Positions 47,235 to 57,196 of a DNA stretch of 64,000 nt are shown piece after piece. The notes beneath the pieces are model-generated. The model was not told the origin of the DNA. It saw only the letters and a list, made by a program, of their open reading frames with translations, and did no database searches. The position numbers and the translations under genes were made by a program. Every line of letters begins with the position of its first letter. Positions within the stretch are counted from its first letter, which is position 1. Location of the stretch: the NCBI GenBank assembly GCA_965248925.1, contig CBDFLE010000005.1, positions 160,001 to 224,000 of the forward strand, read 5' to 3'. The DNA is from Candidatus Multivoradales bacterium (lineage in GTDB: Bacteria; Acidobacteriota; Thermoanaerobaculia; Multivoradales; J023).

Positions 47235-48317
47235 ATGAAGAGTTCTATTAGGGCTACTGTCCTGCTCGTCTCGGTGTCGTCTTGTTGCTGGCTCGCCGGC
47301 TGCCAGCCGGCGGCTACTTCTTCCTCGGCTACTTCTTCACCGGCTGCTGAGAAGCCAGCTGTGCCTCGGGTGGCTTGGGCTTTGGCTATCCACGCCGGTG
47401 CCGGGGTGATTCCCAAGGATATGGAAGAGGAGCGCAAGCAGGAGTATTTCCAGGCGCTGGAGGATGCTCTGAGCTTGGGGCGTGATTTGCTCGCCACAGG
47501 CACCCCGAGTCTCGATGTAGTGGAGCAGGTGGTGCGACAGCTGGAGGATGTACCTTTGTTCAATGCCGGCAAGGGGGCTGTGTTTACGAGTGAGGGCACC
47601 AACGAACTCGATGCGGCGATCATGGATGGCTCGACGATGGCCTGTGGCGCGGTCTCGGGGGTCAAGACGGTGAAGAATCCGGTACTGCTGGCGCGCAAGG
47701 TGATGGAGGAGACCCGCCACATCTTGCTGGTCGGCCGTGGTGCCGAGACTTTTGCCGCCAGTCAGGGCTTAGAGATGGTCGAGCCGGCCTATTTCTTTAC
47801 CCAGCGGCGCTATGACCAGTGGCGCGAAAGGGTGGAGCAGGAGGCGGCTGATTCCGGGGCGGGTAAGGCTGAACCCAAGTTCAAGTGTGTTGATCCGGCT
47901 GGAGAAGACAAGCGCGGTACTGTCGGGGCGGTGGCGCTGGATCAGTTTGGCAACCTGGCCGCTGCTACCTCGACCGGTGGACTGACCAACAAGCGCTTTG
48001 GCCGGGTTGGCGACACGCCGATTGTCGGCGCTGGGACCTATGCCAACAACCGCACTTGCGCGGTGTCGGGCACTGGCATCGGCGAGCAGTTCATGCGCCA
48101 TGCGGTGGCGCACGACATCTCGGCGCGGATGGAGCATGGCGGGCTGGGCTTGCAGGAAGCGGCGGAGGCGGTGATCCACGGAGTTTTGGCTGCGGGCGAT
48201 GGGGGGGTGATTGCAGTCGGTCGCGATGGCCAGATCGCCTTGGTTTTTAACTCCGCTGGCATGTTCCGCGGCGCTGCGGATTCGAGCGGGCGATTCGATA
48301 TCGCAATTTGGGAGTAA
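47235..48317 (+). CDS. Isoaspartyl peptidase / L-asparaginase type 2, predicted lipoprotein
   Basis: [29 protein letters not shown] autoprocessing site, GRVGDTP; lipobox LAGC. Confidence 0.92.
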   Translation: MKSSIRATVLLVSVSSCCWLAGCQPAATSSSATSSPAAEKPAVPRVAWALAIHAGAGVIPKDMEEERKQEYFQALEDALSLGRDLLATGTPSLDVVEQVVRQLEDVPLFNAGKGAVFTSEGTNELDAAIMDGSTMACGAVSGVKTVKNPVLLARKVMEETRHILLVGRGAETFAASQGLEMVEPAYFFTQRRYDQWRERVEQEAADSGAGKAEPKFKCVDPAGEDKRGTVGAVALDQFGNLAAATSTGGLTNKRFGRVGDTPIVGAGTYANNRTCAVSGTGIGEQFMRHAVAHDISARMEHGGLGLQEAAEAVIHGVLAAGDGGVIAVGRDGQIALVFNSAGMFRGAADSSGRFDIAIWE

Positions 48318-48321
48318 TGCT

Positions 48322-50592
48322 ATGTCAGAGATTCCTGTTGACGGCGCTCGGCTGAATCGGCTGGCGCGCGAGGCTAGCCCTTATTTGCTCCTGCACCAGG
48401 CCAACCCGGTGGATTGGTATCCCTGGGGCGAGGAGGCTTTTGCTCTGTCCCGCCGCGAGCAGCGGCCGATATTCCTCTCGGTGGGTTATTCGACCTGCTA
48501 TTGGTGCCATGTCATGGAGCGCGAGTCGTTCGCCGACTCGGCTACCGCTGAGCTGATGAACCGCCTCTTCGTCAACATCAAGGTCGATCGTGAGGAACGG
48601 CCGGAGATCGACGAGATCTACATGGCCGCCACCCAGTTGATCACGCAGCAAGGAGGTTGGCCGAATTCGGTTTTCCTAACCCCGGAGCTGAAGCCGTTTT
48701 ACGCTGGAACTTACTTCCCACCCTCGCCGCGTCAGGGTATGCCGTCGTTCCAGCAGCTGATCGGTGGCTTGGCCGATGCCTGGCAAAGTCGCCGTGACGA
48801 AGTGCTGCAACAGGCTGAGCAGATCGCAGAAGGGATGCGGCAGTTCCTCGAGGATCGTGGTCAGCCGGAGGAGCAGCCGCCGCCAGCGGCGGTGGCGGAG
48901 CAGTCTTTCGCCGCTTTGACGCAGCGTTTCGACGAGCGCTTTGGCGGCTTTGGCGGCGCGCCGAAATTCCCGACCCCGGCGAACCTCTTTCTGCTCTTGG
49001 AGCTGGCTGGTGAGCAGCTCGACGCCGCCCGCATGCTCACCACCACTCTCGATCGAATGGCTCGCGGCGGGATCTACGACCAGCTGGCCGGCGGCTTCCA
49101 CCGCTATTCGGTGGATCGCGAGTGGCTGGTGCCGCACTTCGAGAAGATGCTCTACGACAACGGCCAACTGCTCGAGGTCTATGCCCGTGAATTCGGCCGT
49201 AGCGGTGATCTGGAAGCAGCGCGAATCGTTCGTGAGACGGCTCATTTCATCGCCGCGGAACTCGGCGCGCCGGAGGGCGGTTTCTGGAGCGCAATCGACG
49301 CTGAGATCGATGGCCATGAGGGCGCCCACCACGTTTGGGCCGAGGCTGAATTGCGCGAGCTGCTGGGGGCGGAGGGCTTTGCCTTCCTGGCACCGCTCTA
49401 CGGCTTTGAAGGGCCGCCTTCTTTCGAGGGCCAACACTACGTCCTGCACCTGCTGGCGCCGCTGGCTGCTCAAGCCGAGCGTCGGCAGGTGTCCTACTCC
49501 GCACTACTGGAGCAGATCGAGCCGCTCAAGCAACGTCTACTGCAAGCGCGTCGCGAGCGCCAGATGCCGTTGGTTGACGACAAGGTGCTAACCGATTGGA
49601 ATGGCATGGCGATTACTGGCCTAGCCCTGGCCGGCGAGCTGCTCGGAGAGCCTGCTCTGGTCGACCGTGCTGCCCTGGCGGCTGAATTTGTTCTGCGAGA
49701 GCTACGGCGTGGAGACGGTACGTTGCTACATGCTTGGCGCCAAGGCCAAGCCAAGATCGAGGCATATTTGGCCGACTACGTCCACCTGGTGCGCGGCCTG
49801 CTGGCATTGGCTAGTGCCACTGGCGAGGGGGCTTGGCGGCGCCATGCCGAGCAGCTCACCCGCCAACAGATCGAGCGTCTGGGAGATCCGGTCGGGGGTT
49901 TCTACACCGCCGGCGAGCGTCCCGACGTGCTGTTTCGCAGCAAGGAGGTCTTCGATGGCGCGCTGCCGTCGGCCAATGCGCTGGCGGTGCTCAACTTGGT
50001 CGAGCTGGCGGCGACCGCACCCGCTGATCAACGCGGTGAGTGGCTGGGAGAGGCTGAGTCAGCGCTCAAGGCGTTGGCGATGTTCACCCGCAAGCAGCCC
50101 GATGCGGCCCGCATGTTGTCGATCGCTGCCCGGCGTTTTGCCCGGCTCGAGGCGAGCAGCCTGGCGATGGCCGAGCTAGCATCTCTGCCGGCGGAGACGG
50201 CACCCAAGGCGGTGATCGAGGAGCTTCATCCGGTCAATCCCCAAAGCCTGGTTTCGGCGCTCATCCAGAGCGGCAAGCCAGGGGGAGATGGCTGGCGATC
50301 GTTCGCCGTAGAGGTCGAAGTCGAGGCTGGCTGGCACATCTACGCCAATCCCAGCGGCGATGATCGCCTAGAGCCCGCCACCCTGCGCGGCGAGGGGGCC
50401 GAGCTGGAGGCCTTGCGCTATCCCTCGGGCCATCAGGCAGAAGAGGGTGGGCCGCGGGTCTACGACGGGCAAATCGAAATCACCGGCCGCTTGCGCCCCG
50501 GTTCCGGATCTTGGGCTCTGCTGCTCGAGTTCCAGCCTTGCGATAGCCGGCGCTGTCTGGCGATAACTAGCTTGCGGTTGCGGGGGCGCTGA
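48322..50592 (+). CDS. YyaL/SSP411 thioredoxin-domain protein with a C-terminal DsbD-N-like domain
   Basis: [35 protein letters not shown]; C-terminal GWHIYANP...QPCDSRRCL. Confidence 0.9.
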   Translation: MSEIPVDGARLNRLAREASPYLLLHQANPVDWYPWGEEAFALSRREQRPIFLSVGYSTCYWCHVMERESFADSATAELMNRLFVNIKVDREERPEIDEIYMAATQLITQQGGWPNSVFLTPELKPFYAGTYFPPSPRQGMPSFQQLIGGLADAWQSRRDEVLQQAEQIAEGMRQFLEDRGQPEEQPPPAAVAEQSFAALTQRFDERFGGFGGAPKFPTPANLFLLLELAGEQLDAARMLTTTLDRMARGGIYDQLAGGFHRYSVDREWLVPHFEKMLYDNGQLLEVYAREFGRSGDLEAARIVRETAHFIAAELGAPEGGFWSAIDAEIDGHEGAHHVWAEAELRELLGAEGFAFLAPLYGFEGPPSFEGQHYVLHLLAPLAAQAERRQVSYSALLEQIEPLKQRLLQARRERQMPLVDDKVLTDWNGMAITGLALAGELLGEPALVDRAALAAEFVLRELRRGDGTLLHAWRQGQAKIEAYLADYVHLVRGLLALASATGEGAWRRHAEQLTRQQIERLGDPVGGFYTAGERPDVLFRSKEVFDGALPSANALAVLNLVELAATAPADQRGEWLGEAESALKALAMFTRKQPDAARMLSIAARRFARLEASSLAMAELASLPAETAPKAVIEELHPVNPQSLVSALIQSGKPGGDGWRSFAVEVEVEAGWHIYANPSGDDRLEPATLRGEGAELEALRYPSGHQAEEGGPRVYDGQIEITGRLRPGSGSWALLLEFQPCDSRRCLAITSLRLRGR

Positions 50593-50667
50593 GCTGATGG
50601 TTTCTGACGCCGGGACCTAGTGGGTTGGCGCCAGGATCTTGCAGCTTGAGCCCAGCTGGCAGACGGA

Positions 50668-50693
50668 TACCGGGGTCATTGCAAGCCCCGGTA
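50668..50693. terminator. Hairpin TACCGGGG-N10-CCCCGGTA between convergent genes
   Basis: Perfect 8-bp stem; no clear U-tract. Confidence 0.4.
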
Positions 50694-50704
50694 CTAAGTC
50701 TAGC

Positions 50705-51445
50705 TCAGGGCTTGCCTTCGTAGGTCAGCATGACTTGCGACTCGCCAGTCTCTGAGTCGAGGGAGGCGGTGGCGTTGACCATGCGGCCGTTGGTGTGATT
50801 GCCGACGATGAAACGTATGTTGGCATCATCGCCCGACATGGCTTGGGTGGTGACCTCGTAACCGGCATCCTCGAGCTCTTGCTGGAAACCCGCGGCAAAT
50901 TTGTCGAGGCTGTCAGCCGTCTTGAAACCCACCGAGCCGGCGACCTTGCCGTCGGCATTCGAACTGTAGATACCTTCGGGATTGCTGCCGGGGTAGTGCG
51001 GCACCCAGTCGGGGAGGGAGGCGACTCCGGCACCGCTGCCGAGACGAGTCTCGCCGTCCGGAGTGGAGACGATCACCGAGCCATCGCCGTTGCCGTCGCC
51101 ACCAGCGGAGAAGCTGGTGGTGCCTTCGTCGGTGGTGATGCTGAACTTACCCTCTTTGATGTCGTTCCAGTTGAGCGTCACTTCCTCGCCGTTGTCCTTG
51201 TTGCGGATAGTCATGGTGCCGGCGTCGTCGTCACTCGAGACCAGCTCGATGTCTGGATTCAATCGTACTGCCAGCTCGGCGATGGCCTTGGTGGGATTGC
51301 CGTCGGCATCTTCGACCACGTCACTGACCTTCTTGGCGACGAATAGACCGCCGCCGACCACTACCACCAGCCCCAAGACCACCAAGACACCGCAGCCGAT
51401 ACCGACCCAAGCCAAGGGGTGGAGTCCTTTTCTTCCGTTGCTCAT
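50705..51445 (-). CDS. Hypothetical membrane-anchored protein
   Basis: N-terminal TM segment (WVGIGCGVLVVL...), LPDWVPHYPG motif, GAGGAG RBS. Confidence 0.75.
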   Translation of the reverse strand: MSNGRKGLHPLAWVGIGCGVLVVLGLVVVVGGGLFVAKKVSDVVEDADGNPTKAIAELAVRLNPDIELVSSDDDAGTMTIRNKDNGEEVTLNWNDIKEGKFSITTDEGTTSFSAGGDGNGDGSVIVSTPDGETRLGSGAGVASLPDWVPHYPGSNPEGIYSSNADGKVAGSVGFKTADSLDKFAAGFQQELEDAGYEVTTQAMSGDDANIRFIVGNHTNGRMVNATASLDSETGESQVMLTYEGKP

Positions 51446-51620
51446 TCCTTTTCTCCTCAAATCTTGTCCACCGCGCGTAGCCGGGCCGAACGAAATGCAA
51501 GGCCGGGTATTTCGGTGGCAAGGGATGGAACGAGTATGATTGTAGCCTTATCAGCGGGCCGGCGTCGCCGCTTGGCCGTAGACATTCCTAGGAGCCGTTC
51601 TCCCTGGCATCCTGGAGACT

Positions 51621-53288
51621 ATGAAATTGCCTGCGCTATCACCTTTCAGCCGCTGCCTTCTGCTCCCAGGAGTGGTGTGGCTACTCCTGGCTGGCTGGGT
51701 TGCTAGGGCTGTTGCCCAACCTGCCGATCTGGAGGCATGGTTTGAGTTCCGGACGCCAAACTTTAGCCTCTACAGCGATGCTGAGCCCGAGCGGGCGGCG
51801 GCTATCCTGCTCAGCCTGGAGCGTTTCCGGGCGGTCTTTGCCGGCCTGGCACCGGGAATAGAACTGGTTTCGCCAGCGCCGACCCGGATTTTTGTCTTTC
51901 GTGACGAGTCTTCCTATGCTCCCTACAAGACCACCGGGGGCAGGGATGGCGGCCGCGTTCTGGGGCAGTTTCTCGCCCATCGAGACGGCAACTTCATCAC
52001 CCTGAACGGTGGCGCGCGGGGGGTGGGCAGTTATGCGGTGGTCTACCACGAGTATGTGCACTACTTCGTGCGGCACAACTTCCCCAGCGTGCCTTTGTGG
52101 TTCAACGAGGGCCTAGCCGAGTACTACAGCACCTTCGCGGTGGAGGAGGAGAGCGCCTACCTGGGTCGACCGGTCGAGCGCCATGTCCGTTGGCTGAAGC
52201 GTGGTGGCGAGATCGTCCTCGACGATCTATTGGCCAAGTCCAAAGGGCGCTCGAAGTACCACGAAGACGGCCGGGTGGGTGATTTCTACGCCGTCTCATG
52301 GGGCCTGGTGCATTACCTGATGAGTGCCGAGAAGGGTCTCGAGCGGCTCGGCGACTTCCTAATCAAGGTGGAGGACGGCGAGGAGCCGGAAGCCGCCTTC
52401 GAGCAGGCTTTCGATCTGCGCTTGCGCCGCTTAGAGACCGTGCTCGCCGAGCACATGCTGGCCAATACGGCGATCGTCGCCAAGATCCCCCTTGCCCGCC
52501 TACCGGCGCCGGACGCGGTAGACCTCTACCGGCCACCGCCGGCAACTCTACTCGTTGAGTTAGGCGAGTTGCTCGCTCAAAGCGGGCGCCGAGAGGCCGC
52601 CGAAGATCATTTCCAGCTCGCCCTCCAATTCCAGCCCGACAACTCTCGCGCCCACGGTGGCTTGGCCTATCTGCGCGACCTGGTGGGTCGGTTCGACGAG
52701 GCGGCGGTGCTCTACCACGATGTGCTCCGCCTCGGTTGTCAGAGTGCCCTGATCCATCTGCGCCATGGTCGCCACTTGCTGCTGCAAATGAACCAAGCTC
52801 GCAGTAGCGCGGAGAAAATTGCTTTGGCCGCCGCCGCCCGCCAGGCACTGTCCAGAGCGGTCGACTTGGCGCCCGACTTCGCCGAGGCCCGCGCCACCCG
52901 AGGCTACGCCCATCTCTTTGGAGATGCCGACCCGGCAGCAGGCATCAGCGATCTCGAACGAGCCGTAGCGGTATTACCGGAGCGCATGGACGTGGCCTAT
53001 CAGCTGGTGCAGCTCTACGTCGCCGCCGGGCGATTTCATTCTGCCGCCCAGGTGACCGAGGGAGTACTGGCCCGCGGTGCTGATCCAGAACTGGTGATCG
53101 AAGCCCGCCAGCTGATCGAGCGCACCCGCCTTACCCGAGCGGCCGAGAAGGCCCTCCAAGAAGGCCACGGCGAAGAAGCCTTGGAACTCTACGACCGAGC
53201 GATCGAGGCCACCAGCGACCCGCTCCTGCGCGAGCGCATGGAAGAGCAGTTGCTGAACTTGCAAGAGAGCCTGCGGCAGGTTTCCTAG
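51621..53288 (+). CDS. Secreted zincin-like (DUF1570-type) domain plus TPR repeats
   Basis: Signal peptide; HEYVH...WFNEGLAEY; FY..SW.LVHYL; TPR-like C-terminus. Confidence 0.78.
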   Translation: MKLPALSPFSRCLLLPGVVWLLLAGWVARAVAQPADLEAWFEFRTPNFSLYSDAEPERAAAILLSLERFRAVFAGLAPGIELVSPAPTRIFVFRDESSYAPYKTTGGRDGGRVLGQFLAHRDGNFITLNGGARGVGSYAVVYHEYVHYFVRHNFPSVPLWFNEGLAEYYSTFAVEEESAYLGRPVERHVRWLKRGGEIVLDDLLAKSKGRSKYHEDGRVGDFYAVSWGLVHYLMSAEKGLERLGDFLIKVEDGEEPEAAFEQAFDLRLRRLETVLAEHMLANTAIVAKIPLARLPAPDAVDLYRPPPATLLVELGELLAQSGRREAAEDHFQLALQFQPDNSRAHGGLAYLRDLVGRFDEAAVLYHDVLRLGCQSALIHLRHGRHLLLQMNQARSSAEKIALAAAARQALSRAVDLAPDFAEARATRGYAHLFGDADPAAGISDLERAVAVLPERMDVAYQLVQLYVAAGRFHSAAQVTEGVLARGADPELVIEARQLIERTRLTRAAEKALQEGHGEEALELYDRAIEATSDPLLRERMEEQLLNLQESLRQVS

Positions 53289-53387
53289 GGGCTTTGATGG
53301 CCGCTGTCCTAAGCAGAAGACCGAAGCCACTCACCTGCGTATCCCTGCCTGAAACCTAGTTCGTTCACTCGTCTAGTTTCCTGGCTC

Positions 53388-53417
53388 TTGACGTTTCTGA
53401 CGCTCTGGCTGTAGCAT
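53388..53417 (+). promoter_or_regulatory. Candidate sigma70 promoter TTGACG-N18-TAGCAT of the toxin-antitoxin pair
   Basis: Near-consensus -35/-10 boxes ending 10 nt before ATG 53428. Confidence 0.5.
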
Positions 53418-53427
53418 TGTAGGCGTC

Positions 53428-54126
53428 ATGGCGATGCCCCAGAGATCTCACCAGCCCATTCCGGCGTCGGATTCGAGCCCAGCACGGCGACGACTTCTTA
53501 AAGCACTCAAACGGCGACTATTGCGTAAAGCATTCGTGCGTGAGCTTTCCGCAGTCGAGGCGCTTGACCTGGCCGCTCATATCGCGACCGAGCACCCTAT
53601 GTTGGCGACTCGCTACCGCGAGTTGCGGTCGCTGCTCAGGATCCAGGCGCAGTGGAACTCTACCGTCGAGCAGCTGGCGGGCGAGCCACAGCGCCTGCTC
53701 TCTTTAGAGGATCTGGCCGATGGCTCGTTAAAGCAGGCCCGCATCGCCGGCGAGGCGGTAGCGGCGATCTGGGATGAAGAACTCTTGCCGTCTTCCGAGG
53801 TCGCCCGCAGATTCGGCGCCAAACCGACGAATCGAGAGAAGGTCAATGCCCAGCGCCGACGTTCCCACCTCCTCGGACTACCCCGCGAAGGTGGCAGGAT
53901 GTACCTCTATCCCGCGTTTCAGATCGACGCTGCGCGCCAAGAGATCTACCCTGAGGTCAGCAAGGTCAACCAGCTATTTGACGCCTACTCAGATCCCTGG
54001 GGCGCCGCCTCCTGGTGGGTGTCCGACAACGCCCGGCTCGGAGGTCGGCCGATAGATCTGATCGGCACAGCAGAGTCGCCGTCCGTGTTGCGAGCGGCCG
54101 AGGCGCTGCTCGAGCCCATTGGCTGA
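53428..54126 (+). CDS. Putative antitoxin (HTH-like region + MbcA/ParS/Xre-like C-terminus)
   Basis: YLYPAFQ; PWGAASWW...N.RL.G.RP.DL C-terminal motif; overlaps the RES gene. Confidence 0.72.
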   Translation: MAMPQRSHQPIPASDSSPARRRLLKALKRRLLRKAFVRELSAVEALDLAAHIATEHPMLATRYRELRSLLRIQAQWNSTVEQLAGEPQRLLSLEDLADGSLKQARIAGEAVAAIWDEELLPSSEVARRFGAKPTNREKVNAQRRRSHLLGLPREGGRMYLYPAFQIDAARQEIYPEVSKVNQLFDAYSDPWGAASWWVSDNARLGGRPIDLIGTAESPSVLRAAEALLEPIG

Positions 54127-54808
54127 GAGCCGGCTGATCTCGGTGCCAAACCTCCAGCCTCCCTGCAGCTACGACGGCACGCCCCGGCGTAGCGTGCTTG
54201 GCGCCGGTACAGTTCTCACCCGTGTCCATCAAGACCGCTTCGCGGCGACCGCCTGGAATCCCAAGCCAGCCGACACCCACTGGGGCGGTGGCCGGTTCGA
54301 TGCCACGACCGATGATCCCTACGGCTTCCTCTATGCCGGCAGCGACGATACTTGCGCCGTCGCCGAGGCGCTGCTGCGGGATCTTCCGGTCACTGATTCG
54401 GGCTCGCGGCTGTTGCTACGGAAAGCCCTTGCCGACCGTCGCATTAGTTGGATCGCACCCACCGTAGATCTGCAGCTTGTCGTTCTGCGGGATGGTAAGG
54501 AGTTGGCGGCCGTCGGTCAGGATTCTTGGCTCACCAAGAGCGAGCCGAGAGACTATGCCTTCACCCGCCGCTGGGGCCACCGGATCCGCGCCTGGGCGCC
54601 ATGGTCGCAAGGTTTCATCTGGCGCTCGCGGCTCGAAGAGGCAAGCCTGGCCTACGTTTTCTTTGCCGACCGCTGCCCGGCGGGCGCATTCGGAGAGATC
54701 CTCCAGCCCGGCTTGGAGCCGCCGAATCACAACCGCCTCGACTACGAACCTGGAAAGAGTTACATCTTGAAGTTGTTGGCGGAGTACAACGTCACGGTTT
54801 ATCGATAG
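54119..54808 (+). CDS. RES-domain protein (putative toxin)
   Basis: LTRVH, GGGRFD, LYAG...AVAE, GFIWRSR: the R, E and S motif positions are present. Confidence 0.85.
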   Translation: MAESRLISVPNLQPPCSYDGTPRRSVLGAGTVLTRVHQDRFAATAWNPKPADTHWGGGRFDATTDDPYGFLYAGSDDTCAVAEALLRDLPVTDSGSRLLLRKALADRRISWIAPTVDLQLVVLRDGKELAAVGQDSWLTKSEPRDYAFTRRWGHRIRAWAPWSQGFIWRSRLEEASLAYVFFADRCPAGAFGEILQPGLEPPNHNRLDYEPGKSYILKLLAEYNVTVYR

Positions 54809-54900
54809 CGAGGCAACGCGGTCGTCTAAGTGGTGCCTTGGAGTGACTTGGCATCGCTCTTCCGGCACGCAACGGGATTGGCGGCACTTTGTCGGGCCTT

Positions 54901-57186
54901 TCACGGCGCTACGCCCAGCGCTTGCAAGCGGAGCTTGGCGCGTGGTGCAACTCTTGGCCCGTCGTGGTGATAGAGGCGGGCGTTGGGGTCGGCGGCGGCA
55001 CGGGTGAGTGCTTGTTCAGCGCTGGCGCGGAGGCGCGGGCCGGTGTTGGCGAGGGCTACCCCGAGCCAGTAGTCAACGGTCGCGGTGCCGATTCCGCCCG
55101 CCACCGCTGGCAGACTCAAGCCGCGTAGCAGACGCACGGCTGCTGCCCAGCGCCCGGCACGGATCTGCAACATCGCTTGGTTGAAATGTACTACCCAAGT
55201 GGGGGTCAGGGGCTCTGGGCGGTCTTCGAGCAACATCAGCTGGGCGTAGGTCAAGGCGATGTGCGACTCCTCGGGCCAGCGCTCGAATAACCTTGGACTG
55301 CTGCCGAACTCGACATTGACGACCCGGGTTCCCTGCCGTGATCGGACGACGAATTCCGCCGTCTGCCCACTTCCGACCCGGCCTAGTTGGCGGTCGAGTT
55401 GGGCGCGACTGGTGACTTCGGATTGGGCGACTGCGACAATGCGGTCACCGACCTTTAGACCGGCAGCGGCGGCAGGCCCTTTGGCGGTTAGGTGGGCGAT
55501 GATCGGGTTGCCGTCGGCGGTGCTGTCGATCACCAATGCGCCGAGCCAAGAGCGCTGCAGCTGAAGGTCGCCAGCGAGCTGCTGCGCTAACTCATCGATG
55601 GCTGCACCTTGGTCGTCGAGCTGCAAGCGGATGCGGTCGGGCTGGGCCGGTGCTGGGGCGGCGGGCCAGACCCACAGATCGGCATGGGTTGCCAGGAGAT
55701 CATTGGCTAGCACGGCCAAACCGTAGAGCAAGCCTGGGAAGCGCTCGCTGACTGCTTGGCGAAAGGCTTGCCAGTCAATCTGCGGGTCGTTGTCGGGATC
55801 GTCGTCGGCTAGCCGACGCAATGCGCTGGCGGTGAGTCCGAGTTCGCCGGCCAGGGCCAGACCTGCCGCCGAACGCTCCAGCACCGTCCAGCGGTCGCTG
55901 GCGGCTAACTTGCGTTGCAGCTGATGACGCAGGGTGCCAGCTTGATTGTCGTCTTGGCCGAGCACTCCGAGCAGCACCAGGCCCGGTCGGGGCTTGATGT
56001 CGATTTCGATACTTTGGCGATCGGCGAGGTCGAGGCGGCGTTCGAAAACGTAGCGCCCGCGGTCGATCACCACCAGATGCCAGGTGTCGGGCGGTAACTC
56101 GAGCCGATCGCGACGAGTTTCTCTGCTGCTCGGCGGCGGGTTGCCGTTGAGCAGCACTCGAGCGCCGTCGGGCAAGCCGCGCAACAGCAGCGTGCCGCGC
56201 TGCAATTCCAGCGGCACCGGTGGCATGCGGTAGTCCTGCAGCTGATCAAAATCGAGGTTGGCACGGTAGGTTCTGTAGCCGTCTTTGACCACTTCGAGGA
56301 GGTGCTGGCCCAGTTCTAACCCCTCAACCACCAACTCGGCAGAGAAGCCCGGCGGGGTGGCGCCAGGTCGACCCTGACGGCGGGCAAGTTCGGCCGCGCT
56401 GGCGGCTACCGTCTGGCCAACCGCCAAGCCATCAAGACGCACCTCGGCGCCACTTGGCCGTGAAGTAACGCGCAACACCGGGCTGATCCGATCGAGGGCG
56501 AAATCAAGAGGCAGGGTGCGCCCGGCTCGCACCTCGAGTGGTTGCACTAATGGGGTGTAGCCGGGGCGCTGGACTTCGAAAGTGTGGATTCCCGCCAACA
56601 CTCCCAATGGCCCGGACCGGTGGTCTAGCAAACGGCCACTGATCCTGACCTCCGCATCGCTAGGTTCGATGGTCAGTTCGAGCAGTCCGAGGACTTTGGC
56701 CCGCAGCTCGTCGAAGCGCTCGGCGAGCTTGGGCGATACTTCGTCGCGAGCCAGATCGAAGGTTGGCTGGACACCGATCACCCGGCCGAGATCGTCGTCC
56801 GCTCCTGAGCTATCGCCGAAGTTGAAACGCACCCGGGCGCGGTAGGCCAGGCTGCGGGCCAACAAACGCCGACCGCGGTCGCCGAGGGTGCCGTTCTCGT
56901 GCCGCGGTTCGAGAGTATCGATGACGTAGGAGAACAGCGATTCGGCCTCGGGTTGGAGCGCCGAGAGAAAGACGTTTTCGGCGTCGCTAAAGTCGCTGGC
57001 CAAACGCTTGAGATCGAGGCCGGGGTCGACGATCGGCGCCGCCTCGAGTTCTTGGTCGGCCAGATCTTGCTCTTCGATCGAGTTGTCGGGCAACTGGGCG
57101 GCGGCGGAGTAGCCCAGCGTGGCCAGGATCATAGCGAGTCCCAGCAGCGGCCAACGGAGAGAGACGTAGGGAGGTTTGCAGCGCAT
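54901..57186 (-). CDS. Secreted TPR-PEGA(x3)-PDZ domain protein
   Basis: Signal peptide; PEGA repeats (TSRPSGAEVRLDG, KDGY); PDZ-like GPAAAAGLKVGDRIVAV. Confidence 0.8.
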   Translation of the reverse strand: MRCKPPYVSLRWPLLGLAMILATLGYSAAAQLPDNSIEEQDLADQELEAAPIVDPGLDLKRLASDFSDAENVFLSALQPEAESLFSYVIDTLEPRHENGTLGDRGRRLLARSLAYRARVRFNFGDSSGADDDLGRVIGVQPTFDLARDEVSPKLAERFDELRAKVLGLLELTIEPSDAEVRISGRLLDHRSGPLGVLAGIHTFEVQRPGYTPLVQPLEVRAGRTLPLDFALDRISPVLRVTSRPSGAEVRLDGLAVGQTVAASAAELARRQGRPGATPPGFSAELVVEGLELGQHLLEVVKDGYRTYRANLDFDQLQDYRMPPVPLELQRGTLLLRGLPDGARVLLNGNPPPSSRETRRDRLELPPDTWHLVVIDRGRYVFERRLDLADRQSIEIDIKPRPGLVLLGVLGQDDNQAGTLRHQLQRKLAASDRWTVLERSAAGLALAGELGLTASALRRLADDDPDNDPQIDWQAFRQAVSERFPGLLYGLAVLANDLLATHADLWVWPAAPAPAQPDRIRLQLDDQGAAIDELAQQLAGDLQLQRSWLGALVIDSTADGNPIIAHLTAKGPAAAAGLKVGDRIVAVAQSEVTSRAQLDRQLGRVGSGQTAEFVVRSRQGTRVVNVEFGSSPRLFERWPEESHIALTYAQLMLLEDRPEPLTPTWVVHFNQAMLQIRAGRWAAAVRLLRGLSLPAVAGGIGTATVDYWLGVALANTGPRLRASAEQALTRAAADPNARLYHHDGPRVAPRAKLRLQALGVAP

Positions 57187-57196
57187 CGGTTTGCTC

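Noticed and set aside
33596-54808. Functional link between the NAD salvage cluster and the NAD-consuming RES toxin
   Set aside because: They are about 16 kb apart and separated by unrelated housekeeping genes
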